A DNA stretch of 64,000 nt from Takakia lepidozioides (Eukaryota > Plantae > Bryophyta): assembly GCA_030704615.1 (NCBI GenBank), contig CM060732.1, positions 16,306,001 to 16,370,000 of the forward strand, given 5' to 3'. This document shows, piece after piece, positions 25,630 to 39,465 of the stretch; position 1 is the first letter of the stretch; each line of letters begins with the position of its first letter. The notes beneath the pieces were generated by a model that did no database searches, was not told the origin of the DNA, and worked only from the letters and a program-made list of their open reading frames with translations. The position numbers were made by a program, and so were the translations under genes.

Positions 25630-28600
25630 TCACTGGTCCCCTGGATCCATATTCAGAAGAGTGTGCACCTCTTGGGGGCTCAACCCTGGTGCATGTATGA
25701 AGTGATGAGTTGTGGAATTACACCGGAGTCTCTTTAGGTACACATAGTACAGATACTTGCAAGGGCAGTATGATGCCCCCTTGTTCGCGATGATCTGGAA
25801 ATCGGTGCAATTGCAGGTGGATAATTCTGAAATGGTGATGGTGTACACCTCATTGCAAACAGCTGAGCCTGCCGTGGCCATCTGATACATACGCCCGAAG
25901 CCTGGTGGGGGCACTTCTGTCGAGCTCTGGATTGTACAGTTCATCCGAAGTGCATTCCCCATCCTTGTCTCGTTCACTTTTGAGGGAGGTCGCCGCCTCT
26001 TCGGTTTCCCCCAACGGTGTGTAGGATGCTTAGAGCTGTCAGGTCCCATTGTTCTTGCTCTCACAGGGTCGGTGGTGGAGGCTGTGGAAGCGGAAATGGT
26101 TGTCTGGGGATGTCAGTGCGCTGCACCATCCGAAATCCTGCGGCGGTAAGGGCGTCGGCCTCAGCCTGACTCAGATCGCAGCCTGGCTCCATCGGCCACA
26201 CCGGGGGAGCCTCTGGCATTGTTTGTATGCCGTACTTGGGCTTTCCATACACGCAAGTCATAATGTCGTGCCTGCAGAACCAGAACTGGGTGGTTGTTGC
26301 AAACTTTGCATGGACAAATCTTCCTGTAAAAGTAGAAGCAGGGACAGCCCCATCTGGATTCCTCCTTATCATCTCTAAACAACGTTGCCGTGTATACACT
26401 CGAATTGCGGAACACCTGCCTCGAAACGACGGCTTTGTGCGAGCAATTTTCCACTGTGACACAGACACAGTCGTCTCCACAATGGCTTGGCCATACTGCA
26501 TAACAGCGGGCGGAATCTGGGGCAAGCGAGCGGTGGGGATTTTTCGCATGGAATCCCCGTTTGAAGGCGATGGCGATCTGGAATTTCTTGGGCTTCCACT
26601 GCTGGAAAACACATTGTGCGGCAACATGACGGGATCTCGAGGTGCTGTCCGAATGTTCCTGTCGGATCTCCAGGAATTCTCTTCGCACCCAGGTTCCTCT
26701 TCAATCCTCCGCCTCACAGGGCGAGTACGGACGTCCTCCTCTAGGTGTTCACCTCTGCGGTGCAGAGGCGTCCCTTTAATCTTCTCTCGCAATGTTGTCG
26801 CCCATTTCAGTGGATTCTTCGACCTCGAAGCTGTTCGTACCAACAATTCCTCCCTGTCCGGCCCAAAGCCCCATTGTTTCCCGCTCAGGAACTTGTAGTA
26901 CGTGGCTTGTTGCATGATTGCTCAGTCGATGTCCTCCGTTGTGGCCGTCACTACGTCCACCAGATGTGCGGCAGAAGACGCTTGCCAAGAGGAGTGGACT
27001 GATTCTGCCATATTCGTGTTCGGCATGTCCGTGTCGGAATCCAAGCACCGCTCCTACAAGGACACAAACAATGGTGAGGGACCAATGGAAAGGTCCGTAA
27101 TATAAAGACAATTGCACAAAAATGACAGCATCATACCTCTCGCATGTACTGTCCGAACTGTCGATACCGGAAATGCCACCACCCCAACCAGCTGTGCAAG
27201 ACTCCCAGATTGGTTGTCTCCACTGCACTTGGTTGTCTCCACTGCACTTGACGTGTTTCACCAAGCCTCGATGATAGCAAACTTAACCTCCGCGTCATCA
27301 AATGTGGGTGCATCCTTCCACGCCGTACAAAGGACACGGTGTTCAGCCTGGAATGAGCTAGCAATAAATTTGGTAGTGTAGTGAGATAGACTCTACATCC
27401 AATGGAATCCACAGGATCTCTCTTTCCCCTCCATTGGAACATTGGGAACCTCACCGTACACACGCCGCACCGCTGCCCAGTTGGCCTGAGCGTTGTCTAC
27501 CATGAATCCCCTGAAATTGGGCTCTGGTAATCCCGCCCTTGCCATCTGCACGTTTATGCCCTCCCACAAATGCATCTCCGACTGTGTGTCCTCCCCTTTC
27601 ATCTCGCAGATTGCAATCGTCATGAGCTACTTGGAGTGATAGTCATAAACATGCGCACCCATAGTCACCCACTGATGGTTTGTAATTCGCTTGATGTGAT
27701 CAAACATCACCCAAGCATTCGACAAGTTTCCAGTTGTCATGCGAGTGACCAAGTCGACTCCACTCCTAGGCCCACATGTCGACATTTTAAAAATGTAACA
27801 ACGATCGGATTCGCTGCCTTGCCCTGGAAACCTGCTACCTTGGATGTAGTCATATCCAGTCATTCGTTTCACCTCCAGGATTGAGTGCATGTCCGACCCC
27901 CGGCCGAACTCCTGCTTGCAAGATACGATGTGATTCCGCACATTCGGACTACAAACGTGCGAGACGGACTCCAACAGGTCAAGCATCTCCTCTTTGTTCA
28001 AGGGCACTCGGTCTGAACCATCTTCAGACATGATTTTGCCAAGAGCAATCTTGTGGGCTGCCTTCAGCTGAATCTGCTTTGGTCTGGCTCCGGGGCTCAA
28101 TTTCACCTCCTCTTTTATGATGTTGTGTGCTTCCTGCACAGCCTCACGCATGTTGTCTCTCGCCAAGGGGTGGCAGTGGACCCCAACGTGTATGCAAGCT
28201 CTAGTCAAGTCCGGGAGCAAATGGATTACGTAATATTGCTTGGCTTTGCACATGGACATGCACGTCGGTGGTTCTTTGCAATGTGTGCACTTGAAAGTAC
28301 CCGCAGGAGCTTGGCTAGAGACAATGAATGGATGATGGGTTGTGCCAGTCCAATCCGTCTCGTTTCTCCGCCCTCATTTGGAGAGAAAGTGGAAGCAGGC
28401 GGGATTGAGGCACCTCAGCTTCCCCGCACAGAGGACGTATCGTACACGAACACCATCAGCAATTTTTGTGCTACTGGTCTTCGTCACACACCAGGGGTGT
28501 CCGTCATGCTTTCGATCCATGTCTGTTAAACCTAAGGTTTTGATTGAGGAAGTAACAGGTGGAAACTTGAAGATGACATTGTCATCGACTTCGGGAGGCA

Positions 28601-29245
28601 GATACGTTACCTTCCTGACTAGAAATTTGGCATAGTCGAGAGCAGCCAGCTCGGAGCGAGAACCATCGGGTGATGTTGCCGTAGGAGCTGCACAATGGAC
28701 CGGGTTGGAGTTATGCTCGAGGGTACATGCGTAGCACCTATAGAGACGTCCATGTCGGATTTGAACGACCATGTGGAGGACATGGGGACCTCAATGCACT
28801 CATCTTCCTCGTCGGAAATGTCGAATACGTCCACACAAGAAGCTATGGAGGGTCTTGATGGTCCAAGTCGGGAATGATTATCGTTGCATACCTCTCTGTT
28901 GGCAGTGGCCGCCTGTCAGTTTCCGGACTCCTTTGTGGATGGTGTGGGCAGCGACTGATTCGGAAAGGGAATGGGCATTCCCACAGCTCGGTACAGGATG
29001 GTGACTGATGGGGGTACGTGCCATTCGATTTCGCAACCTCCGTCATTACCTAGCACGACAATGGTCTCGTCAACCTGTCCAGGAACATCCTTCCTTTCTT
29101 CTTCCAAATAAACTGTGCCCGGTTTGAGCTTGAATTTGGAACAAAGGTAAGTTTCACTCACTCTGCAAAGTCCTCCCTCGTTTGGGATCCAGGCTCTCCC
29201 AAGTTGCGGAGGACAACAAACTATAGCGTAGGAATTCGGAGCCAT
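25630..29245 (-). pseudogene. MULE-type transposase (N-terminal domain, GCM-like zinc domain, DDE core, C-terminal SWIM)
   Basis: DGHPWC..C..C..C..CTHC..C..HVGVHCH; VMFDH, FMVDNAQA, CGFH, TNMAES; CNC...CPCK SWIM-like; several stops and frameshifts. Confidence 0.75.
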
Positions 29246-29633
29246 CGAAGACCGCACGAAGTTGGCAAGTGCGAGGTTCAGTATAGCGACAGACCAAGGC
29301 TCACAGGCACCACGTAAGTGGATCTGCGGAGTCCATCGACAATTCGCACATTGAAGTGAAAAGTATTGTTTCAAGCTATATGCATGAAGGTGGGAGGTGT
29401 GATTCCATAGCCAGTAAGTATGGCAATGATGGCCGATTCGACGACGAAATAACATCTCCTGACAGTTTCTCCTGAGGGTGAATCCAGCAGCATTCTCGGT
29501 GCAGACATGAACGTTCGCACTAACAAGTGTCAGGACTGTTAGTTAAAACGGTTAGACAACCAAGTTGTGCTCATTAATACAGGCCGCGATTATGTTGTTT
29601 CGGAACAATGCAACCCATTGAGGTTCCGCATGC

Positions 29634-30397
29634 AGAAATGAGGTTCCGCATTTCCGTCCGGAGTGATACATTTGATTGCTGTTGGACGGAAATACGGCGC
29701 CGCATTTCCGTTTTACATCTTAGTCATGCACCAGTGCGACGGAAATGCGACACCGAATTTCCGTCCGGGGGAAACCTTTATACTCTCCAGAACGGAAATG
29801 CGGTGCCGTATTTCCATCCAACAAGCACGGTATGTGAAGGTGGAACAAAAATGCAATACCTCATTTCCGTTCTGATTGAGAATCATGAACCACGGGAACT
29901 GAAATGCGACACCGTATTTCCATCCGAGTCGCACCTTCCGACATACCAGAACGGAAATGCGACGCCGCATTTCCGTTTTGTATCTGAGGCATGGAACTGA
30001 GGGGTAGAAATGCTGCACCACATTTCCGTCCGTTTGAGACCTTCATACTCTCCAGATCGGAAATGCGGTACCGCATTTCCGTTCTAACTGAAAATCGTGA
30101 ATCATCAGAACTGAAATGCGACACCGCATTTCCATCCGAATCGCACCTTCCGACATTCCAAAACGAAAATGCGACGCCGCATTTCCGTTTTGTATCTGAG
30201 GCATGAAGCTGAGGGATGAAAATGCTGCACCGCATTTCCGTCCGTTTGAGACCTTCATACTCTCCAGAATGGAAATGGAGCACCGAGTTTCCGTCCGGGG
30301 GAAACCATTATACTCTCCAGAACGGAAATGCGGTGCCGCATTTCCATCCAACAAGCACGGTATGTAAAGGTGGAACAGAAATGCAATACCTGTTTCT
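29634..30397. repeat. Array of 15 palindromic 22-bp repeats (GGAAATGCGGCGCCGCATTTCC) at 53-bp period
   Basis: Repeat starts at about 29634, 29688, 29741, 29794, 29847, 29900, 29953, 30006, 30059, 30112, 30165, 30218, 30271, 30324, 30377; a perfect single copy at 25421-25442. Confidence 0.9.
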
Positions 30398-30959
30398 TCA
30401 TTGTGCTCCCCATTAACTCCCACAGAAAAGAGTATGCATTTTATCCAAAGCAAAGAGCTTGGCCGAGATCTTTATATGCTATTTGAGGACCCTATGACCA
30501 GGTTGCCGACGCTGTGCCTGCATTTTAAAATACACAAATTGCCACATTAACTGATTCACGTTAAAGAGACAGGGGTGGTTGACAGCAGTGTCTGCCTTCT
30601 TATGGATATCATCGTATCCCCCCTTTCATGTATAGTTGTGTGTGTCCTTTCTATCTTGCAATAGTATCTTTGTATCTCATCCATCAGAGACCACCTATGC
30701 TTGTCCCAAAATTTGGACAACCCGTATAGGAATTTAACACAGCTAGAAAACACACATGTAAATTTGGGCCTACTGTGGTCAGATAAGGGAAGGGCGGGGG
30801 GTGGGGACCAGCTGCACTCTGGTGGCATGCAATGAGTCAGTGAGGTTAGATAGTTAGATAGCCAACGGTAGTCAAAGCCATCGGTGCATAGCACACCCTT
30901 ACGGCCATTGGAAATAATTTATCCGTCATTACACCCCCAAACCGCCAGGACGCAATCCT

Positions 30960-33900
30960 CATAGGGCAAATTTGGCTGAAGTCTCGGCCATTGAGTGCTC
31001 TGCACCATAATACTGCCCAAGTAAGTGGAGTTGCCAGTGATTGCAAAAGCAAACATGGAGAGAGAGAGTCCTTCAGCGGAACCCCGTGTTAGGCTCAGCA
31101 AAATTTGTGGAAGGTCCCCAGTCAGGTAGATGAAGGTCATTAGCCAGCCAAGAAGGCGACCCACCATTGGTGACTTTTCATGGTCCTTGTATCTTGCGGA
31201 AATGCTTGCCTGATGCACACACCAGATGGGTGTATGAATTGGAATCAATGCATGACTCCCACATGGGTCGACATCACATATCAAGTACGCCAGGGAGCAC
31301 ATTTTTTTTCATCTTCTCAGAAGAAGACAATTGCAATGAGAAACAAATTGGAGACTTAACTGACCTGAAGAGCCCGCCGTCCGCCAGAGACCACCAAGGC
31401 TTCACGAGTGTGAGCAACATTATTCTGCCCGGAACCAGTGAGAAGAGTAACCCCTAGCCTGAAGCCTCCTACCACCATCATTGACATTGTGAGCTGGCAC
31501 CATCCAAAAACAGAATGGCTGCTGGCTGTTAGAACTCTAAATATCAAATTTCCAAACACTGAACAACTGGAGGCTGGAGGGAGTCTGAAAATGGAGGATG
31601 TAAAGTTACCATGTACAAAATACATGTAGGCTAGAGAAAGAGGGTCGGGAGAGGATATGATGGGTGAAGTTGTCGTAATATCACCAGATAGTCACGCATT
31701 GAATATGCTTGGTTTTGAAAGAAGAATCACATACCCCATGTAAGAGGGGAGATGGGGATGTCCCATATGTGCCACATGAGTTTGACAATATTAGGCGCCG
31801 CAAACTACCGGAGAAAGACCCTAATGACCTGTCAATCCCGTGCATCCCCAGAATGCACCTTTCATAGTTATCCTTAGACACTGCCAAACACTTGCAACAT
31901 AAAGTAAGGGTAACATCAACACGCAAGGAGTGCCTTTCACATTGGCAACTATTTTTCTTCCTTCACTCTCCTTGGCTGCAGAAGTGTTACTGGCAGTGAG
32001 TCTATATTAGGCTGTGCAGCAAACACTCAACTCATTGTATTTCTTGTTTCTTGCTTTCTCTTGTTCCATAAGCTCTTTGAGCTTTCTACGGACATTGTAA
32101 AGTACCATTTCATTTCTTTTCTTCTCTGTAGTGTGCTGTTCTATTCAGCCTCTTCGCCTCTCTCGTCCCGTGGACGTAATAAATTTCTTTGCTGCTTCTC
32201 TCAGAAAGTACATACTTGGCTCATGAGATCAGCGCTAACGTACGGTGATGATGGTAACAAAGGAGCAGTGGGTGGGATTGGGAGTGGAGGCCGCCCCTTC
32301 CTTTTGCTTTGCACTCCTGGTATTTGCATGCCGTCTGCCAATGTAGGGTCTGATGGAAACAAGCCCTCCAGAGGACTGCTCCATGTTGGATTACTTGCAT
32401 TGTGAGCCATAGAACCCTGTTGCATAGGAATTCTCTTTAGAAAAGGGCACTTCTTACATCAATACATAGAACCTCAATCACCATTCTGTTTTCCCCTATT
32501 CACTCTCTCCCTCCAAGCGTGTCTCATCCTGTGGATGCTATCATCAAGGAGCCACAGATTTGTTGACACATACATCTGCATCTAATGTACGGAAGTGAAT
32601 TTGTATGGAGAAGTGAGGAAGGAATGAAATTTTAGACACTTACTGAGGTGAGTGCGGGGAGCGGAGAAGGTGATTTAGTCCTCTGGACACTCCAGTTGTA
32701 CCAGAAGTGCTGCCACACTAGAAGCAGCGTTGTCGCCGTATAAAGCTGTGAGCCATTGCCAAAATGACTCAGAATGACAACCAAAGGCCACTCGGTGTAA
32801 AAGGAAGGAGGAAAAAAATCAGTCAGTTCACGTAAACTTATGTGTCTCAAAGTTTCTTTCTTTCATTAAGAAATGCTCGGAGCTCAAGACACATCACCAT
32901 CACAAAATTCTACGTGTGGAATGGGCATGCATACCACTTCAAACCAATGCCATCTACAAGCCCTTCCTCTGAAAATGTTGGAGACCCAGGCCCTCACAAC
33001 ATCTATCAGGCTCAAAACCACTGGTTTCAAGACCTCCTGGTATGCTCGGGTCTCCAACTTTTTAGATCACAATGGACCCTCCATTGCTTCCCTACTGCCC
33101 CAAAGTACAGAGGGAGTGGAAATTGCATCCAAACAGGACCACAGTAGATGCATCAGACGAGAACTTATGGCACTTCACGTCAGGCGGACATCGAAACCAG
33201 CCAACCTTACAACAGAAGATCTATCTGGAGACATTGTTGGTCCCCCGTAAAGATAGAATCTTGCGACCCAAATTACCTGTCTGCAGCTCTATCTCCCTCT
33301 CTTCTAAGGGCATTGGGGAGGTTCAGTGTGGGCTCCCACAGTCTGCAGATAGAGACAGGTGGGTGAGACAACCTGCAACGTGAGGACCCGCTTGCGCTGG
33401 GAACAACAGGGGAATCAAAAGTGCAGAACATTTCTTCTTTCACTGCCTTTCTACTATGAGATCCGTGGGAGATTTCAATTGTCTATTCTGTGATACCCAA
33501 TCTCTAATGGAGGTCTTCCATTACGAGGATCAGAAATGCTTGGCAGCTTAACTGCATGGTGGTGCAGGTGTGTTGACTCTTAGACAAACCAATGGATACC
33601 CTCTTTGAGCTTTCTGCGGACGTTATAAAGTACAATTTCATTTCATTTAATTCCTTTCTTTCAGTCCAAAGTGTGACGGGCCTTGCAATGACAGCCACAT
33701 GTCTTGCATCTGTACCAGTCAGAGAGGTGCCTTATGCCCTTTCTCACAACACGTAACTTTCCAGTATAACCACCTGTGATGCTTAAGGTAGTGACTTGAT
33801 TAGCAGCGCTGGAATATACATTATGCTTTCTAGTTTGAGACAAGCCAGACTTCAATTTACGCAAAACATGACCGTGTGCTTGCTCTTGACAGTGTGCGAA

Positions 33901-35543
33901 TCTAGAACACTGGCCGCCAATGGCAGATTAACATTCAACAGGGAATCAGTCTCGAAAGGTAAATAATACCTTCACAAAGACTAGTCAATAAGTACACATA
34001 CATCCCTCATCACGAAACTCGGAACTTTAATTTATAGCTCAAAACAATGGTCAAGAGGAGGGTACGTACCACAGCTGTAAAGAATTGTGTTGGTAGCTGT
34101 TGATTTAGGTATCCCATGAGGACCGCAAGAGGTTTCCAAATTGCACATAAGAGCACCCCAACAGACGGAGTTAGGCCCCCATCAAACTTGCAAAAGAACC
34201 CAAGCTCTGTTTGCAGCAAGGATTTCTCAATCTAGCCAAATAATATATGTCCAAGCATGACCTCTTGCAATGATCGTCTCGTGGATCTTAATGGCACAGC
34301 CATTAACTCAATCCATGGTAGTGTACCCATTCCTCTATCCCCTCTTCAAACTGGAGAGGGGTCTATCACAAGAGGCTGCATCAAGCAGGGTAAAAAAGCA
34401 GAATATACTAAATACATTTTCTCACTGTAGTGTCTTCCTCTCAATTAACCAAGCCAACGATGCGCGGCATACCGTCACAGGATTGAGCCAACAGCCCACC
34501 AGATTGCAGATATCCCTGCCACCAACCACTGTGGTCAGAGAGAGAGCATGTCTGCCCCCCTTAGAGCTGAAGTCATTTACCAACATCTACAAGAGATGCC
34601 ATGAATTCATTTTGCATCCCTCTCTCCCTCTCTCTTTCATGGCTCCGGAAAGTCTTGTGTACTTTGTATGGGGTTCTTTACTTGCTCTTGGTTTGTCTAA
34701 CCCTCACCCATGGGCCCCCTTGTGGCCCTATGACGTTATAAAGTTTCTTTCTTTCTCTTCTCTCCTTCTTGGTTCTTTCTTCCTCTTGTCCATAAGCTCT
34801 TTGAGATTTCTGAGGATGTTATGAAGTACCATTTCATTTCTTTTCATTTCTTTTCTTTTCTTTCTTCCTACTAATCCCATGTGTCCACGCCCCCATGAAG
34901 GTTATTAAAACTAGCTGTCTCTGTCTGTCTCTCTCTTTCTCAATACTATGTTGTAAAAAAAACTGGGGTTCAGAGACATAGGTATTTCAGTCACCAGTGA
35001 GGCAAACAGGCGGTAATGGCTATATAACCAGAGGAAGCTTGCCAACAGCTTTTGTGGATCTGCAGGGCATTGCAATTGAAAAACTCATACTGCTTCCGAC
35101 AGTAGTTTTAGATTTGACACCATATTTTCGCATTTGGAGCCTCGCTTGGATTCTTTTGAAGCTCTACCCCATCCAATCCCCAAATCCTGGTTTCATCCCT
35201 CCCATCGACCCTTGGGCCCCAGATGGAAGTTAATAAAGTTATATCTCTTGGAGAGCAATCTAAGGAGCCCAATTTCATACTATGCAAGACACCACAATCA
35301 AGTATGAGGTTGTCAAAGGGTACCCAGTGATCCAAAGAAGAATCAAGGCCAGCGAGACACTCTCGGAGCTGCCAGCGCGCCAGTTCTCCACAATCTGAGG
35401 AATCTCTGAGAAACCCCAACACACGATGCTCACAATGCCCAGTAGAAGGGAGACTGCAAAGTAGTGCATATGCAATCACCCAGATAGACCATCGCCCATT
35501 CTAAACACCCTCTGTCTACCTCGCAAGCTCCATGCCTACCCAT
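30960..35543 (-). pseudogene. PQ-loop vacuolar amino-acid transporter (YPQ/PQLC2-like), probably disabled
   Basis: ATG at 35543 (MGRHGAC..CLEWAMVYLGDCIC), frameshift near 35460, then WGFSEIPQIVENW..SSESVS; exons DICNLVGCWL (about 34473-34515), LPTQFFTAV (about 34070-34096), LYTATT (about 32645-32745); second PQ repeat LPQILL..GSAEGLS; the usual C-terminal helix is lost after PNLP. Confidence 0.8.
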
Positions 35544-36749
35544 TATCTCGTTCCTCTTGAGCTCTTCTGGCATAAAATTCGCTCTGCCTGTGTTGCTTTC
35601 CCACTATCTGCTACGCTGTCCATCAGTGTCGATTTCATGAGTGACTAGCTCCATTTCGTTGGCACTCTATCATCACCAGCCCGGAATTTTTCCGTCTAAC
35701 CCAAGAATTTGGAGAAATTCCTTCCACTCTAGAGGTGAAACATTACTCCTGGATACAACATGTGGGCAAGTTTGTCCGAATGTTTCTCTAGCTCCCTGGA
35801 CCCTTCTCTCTTCCCCCCTGACACGTCAATTGAGCACAATCCAAGCTTTAAAATAACAGTAAGAGCAAGACTGCTGAACTCTCTGAATCAGAGAGGGAAC
35901 TTAGGGTCCAACACGAGGCTATGCAATTTCAAGCCCTGGACTGGAGTTACGGGGGTACCACCAGCTGGCCAAACCTCGCTCATTCTCATTCTTCGCGTCC
36001 AGACATATGCAACTTCAATGGATCTGAAATCGAAATCATGCAGTTAAGATTGAGAGCTGCTAGGTACAAGCTGCCAGCCAAATCCTTCACCTTCTCGTCT
36101 GTCAGAGTACACCACTTGTTACTCAACTGGTTTGGGGAGCTGTCACAGTCCGTTTTAGGTCTTATGGAGTTCTGATCTGTTGGGCCCCACATGCTTCCCG
36201 ACGATAGCCGAAAGTGCCCGGGTCACCACCAGACTGGAGGAGGAGACACGCCCTTGGCTCTAGCATCGACCGTCGCAGATCTGTTTTTGCAGTGTCATTT
36301 TTGTTGTTGGGCGCTTGCCATTGTGATATATTGTGGGGGCCGAAAGGGCTCAATTTCAAGTGTATGGTATAGGGTTGCCGGAGACTCAAAAGTTCAATTT
36401 GATTCTCGAGTGATTGGAGGAAGGGGAGGGTGGCCCGGGGGTGGAAGAGACGGACCTGATTTCAAAGAGGGAGGGAGAAAGAAAAAGAGAGAGGAGGGGG
36501 TTTCGGTTTGGAAAGGAGAAATTCTGTGGGGGCGAAGGAGGAGTGTGGTATGTGAGTTTGTGACTGCAATAAGCAAGACACATATCCCTGAAAGAGAGAG
36601 GGAGAGACATACAACCTCAAGCTCCTTAGTCTCTGCCTTTTTGTGCACTCGATGGCTAAATAGCGCTGCTGCCTTTAGTTTCATCAACCTGCATTCAAGG
36701 AAGCTAGTGGCAACACTCGTTCTGTTCTTGTATATATCAGGAATCAGCC

Positions 36750-39465
36750 ATGACTACCACGCCAGCGGTTGTGGCAGCCCCTAATCACAGCATACAATCA
36801 TCTCTCTCATCTTCCTCTTCATTCGACACACGGCGGTTGAATACCAAAAGGATTGCTGCAATCACTACTATCCACACTCACCCCTGTGTCCGGGTAAGGG
36901 CAGGCTCCGAGGGGGAGACGCCAGCGTTACATCACGCAGAGACCATCCGGAGGCCTGTACTGCGGCGAAAGAAACCTTCGCCATCTCCAGCTGAACCCAT
37001 AGCTGAAGCCGAGGAGGGTTCCGCTCTGCAAACGGTGATGGTAGAAGAGGATGGTGTCTCACTGGAGGGCGTGGCCAAGGTGGACCGTGAAGACAACTTG
37101 GCTCGACCTTCTTGGGGGTAAGTTCTCTCCAGATTCCCCCTCTTCCCTACTACCAAGGTTTATTTATACTGCTCTTATATGCTTGCAGCTGTCTCTACTG
37201 AAGATTTTGCAGTGCACATGCAAAGGTACAGTGAACCACCGTTGTTCTCTGATAGCAGCCATCAATTTTGGAGATCTTAGTTTTCCGATCACCAAGAACA
37301 ATTTGGATTTGAATTTAAGGGGTGTACAGAAAGAGTACTTGCAAATTCGTGACAGAAGGCTTCAACACTCCACACTTGAATTTGAAATTCATCTTTGGAG
37401 TTATCTGGAAAACATTGTTGTTTCTCTTGCAAGACACACTGGTAACTTACCAGTGCGACTTGTGCTGGAGAAACAGCAATGTTTTCGAGATAACTCTAAA
37501 GTGTCATGACAGCAGTAGGAGACTTTAGAGGAGCACAGATTTTTCGAAGAATACGAGCAAGAGTGGGCTTTTCTTTTTTACCTTGGCTGCTTTGCTTGTA
37601 TGCTTTCTATGTCTTGCTGACCCCCTTATAGGTTTTTAGATTTGTAGGGTCCAAACTATTGTGGCTGAGTATCCTAAGGTGTTATGTTACAGTAAGATTA
37701 GGCTCTACTTGGGGTCAGTAAGGTTTGTAGGTTCGAGAAGCTCAGTGTTTTGGTGCAGGCGGATAGGTTTGCTGGCCGGGGGGGACATACTGGCTCTTGT
37801 CACCTTTGCAGCCATTGGACGGTTTAGCCATGGCATGTCAGTTCTGGATTGGGATGCAGTACGCACTGCAGATCCTTTTATCGCAGGTCTGTTTACTGCT
37901 TTTCAGAAGTGCTCAATGTTGTAATTAGGCCCCCCATTACTTATCCTTCCAAAAAGATTACTCTATCCGTTGGGTCGTTGGTTAGAATCCAACCTAGAGA
38001 GTTAAATAAGTAAGCTGCTTCTATTTATAGTTTCTATGATCTGACATGGCAATAACTATTCCTTTTCTGCAGCATCGCTATAGACCCAGGTATACTTTCT
38101 GCTATTGTGCAACAAAAACACATCACCGAGCAAATTAACACCGAATATGGAGAATGAAACCTACTCATTTAGAGGTAAATTATAAACCGCTAAAAGCCGT
38201 GGTATCATATGAACCTCAACAAAACGAGCTGACGGAAGAAATTACGCAAGCCTCCCAAATCCGCCTACTCGAAGCAGAGCTGGCAACAGTAAAGCACTCC
38301 TTCTGGATAGATGCATGGGACAGAGGGCGCACTTATTCAGATAACTGTGCTTCTCTTTGCTCCATCTGGAATGATTCTATGGCCTCAAGTCTGTGACATG
38401 GAAATATCAAATGTACTCTTATCTCTCTCTTACAAAACACACTAAATTCACAGTCTGCCTAAATCTGGATGGATGTACTCCCTTGTGGACCCAGAGCACT
38501 TCACCTGTTGGGAACTGACTTATGAGTAACTGCTGTTATCTTTCCCACTTCCCCGCTATCTCTCACTCACATATTGACCTTCTCACGCCAAAACTACCAC
38601 CATCTTGCACAGTCAGGCTTAGATGTAGGATTTGATTCTTGTTCATTTTTATTCTGAAATATTCTCCTGAATTTGATGTCCATTAATCTTCGTTAGAGCA
38701 CAGGGTGGCTGTTGGGGTCATATTTCTTGGGGGGCTATGGGCCTGAAGGCCAAGGCTTGAAGGGTCTCTCCTCCGCTGCTATTGCTGCTGCCAAATCGTG
38801 GGCAGTGGGTGTTCCTGTGAGCTTGCCCGGTCCTTTCTCAAAATTGTGACAGTTGCATGTTCTTTGTGTATGTTTGCACTTTTGCCATGCCTCTTGGAAT
38901 CATGAAGATGACTTGGATATAATCACATAGAGACTCTAAATCTTGGAGAGGATATGGGATGGGGTGAGACAGCTAGGGCTTGCAATCAGGGGCCTTGCAA
39001 CTGGCCATGTGCCTCCACAGTCCTTCATTCTGTTGTCCTTGGGCAGTTTGTTGGTCCTCATGGTTGGTTGGCGAAGCACATTTACATGGATCTTCCCTAA
39101 TGACGAAAAGAGCTTGGAGAAAACGACAGGCAACCGGCAAGGGGGTGTGTTGGAGTTTTTTGAGGTACAGTTTCTTTCTGCCTGTTGACATTTGCTTCAT
39201 TAGTTGTGTTCATCTCTCATCTCTTGAGGTTGAGGAACTTCCTTCCCTCTTGGCTCTTGCAGATGGGTGGATAGCGGGTTAGGAGGTGAGTGGAGGATAG
39301 ACAGGGTGTGACACAGTGTTTAGGCATTGCTCCAAGAGTGTCAAGAGGATATGCTCTCATTGAGGACAGGGGGCAACATGGAGAGAGACTGAAAAAGGAG
39401 GTGACTGACCAGCATGTGGTGGAATTGTGTCACAGCTTCTGAGTTCACTTGTAAGGAGATGGTAG
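36750..39465 (+). CDS. DUF3054-family membrane protein, intact, 5 exons (36750-37117, 37759-37886, 38704-38816, 38973-39164, 39436-39465)
   Basis: GT-AG junctions keep frame; LAGGDILAL..FAAIGRFSHG..TADPFIAGW..AAAKSWAVGVPLG..GWR..GGVLEFFELLSSLVRRW*; Ser-rich, transit-peptide-like N-terminus. Confidence 0.9.

Larger units (their letters stand above)
24778..30400 (-). mobile_element. Mutator-like DNA transposon, copy 1
   Basis: End GAGGTTTACTATTTCATGAGC followed by (catgagc)n, matching copy 2's end; transposase remnant; palindrome array at the far end; far boundary uncertain. Confidence 0.75.

Noticed and set aside
29634-30397. True CRISPR array
   Set aside because: Eukaryotic transposon context, no cas genes, degenerate repeats, and spacers that are duplicated or inverted relatives of each other
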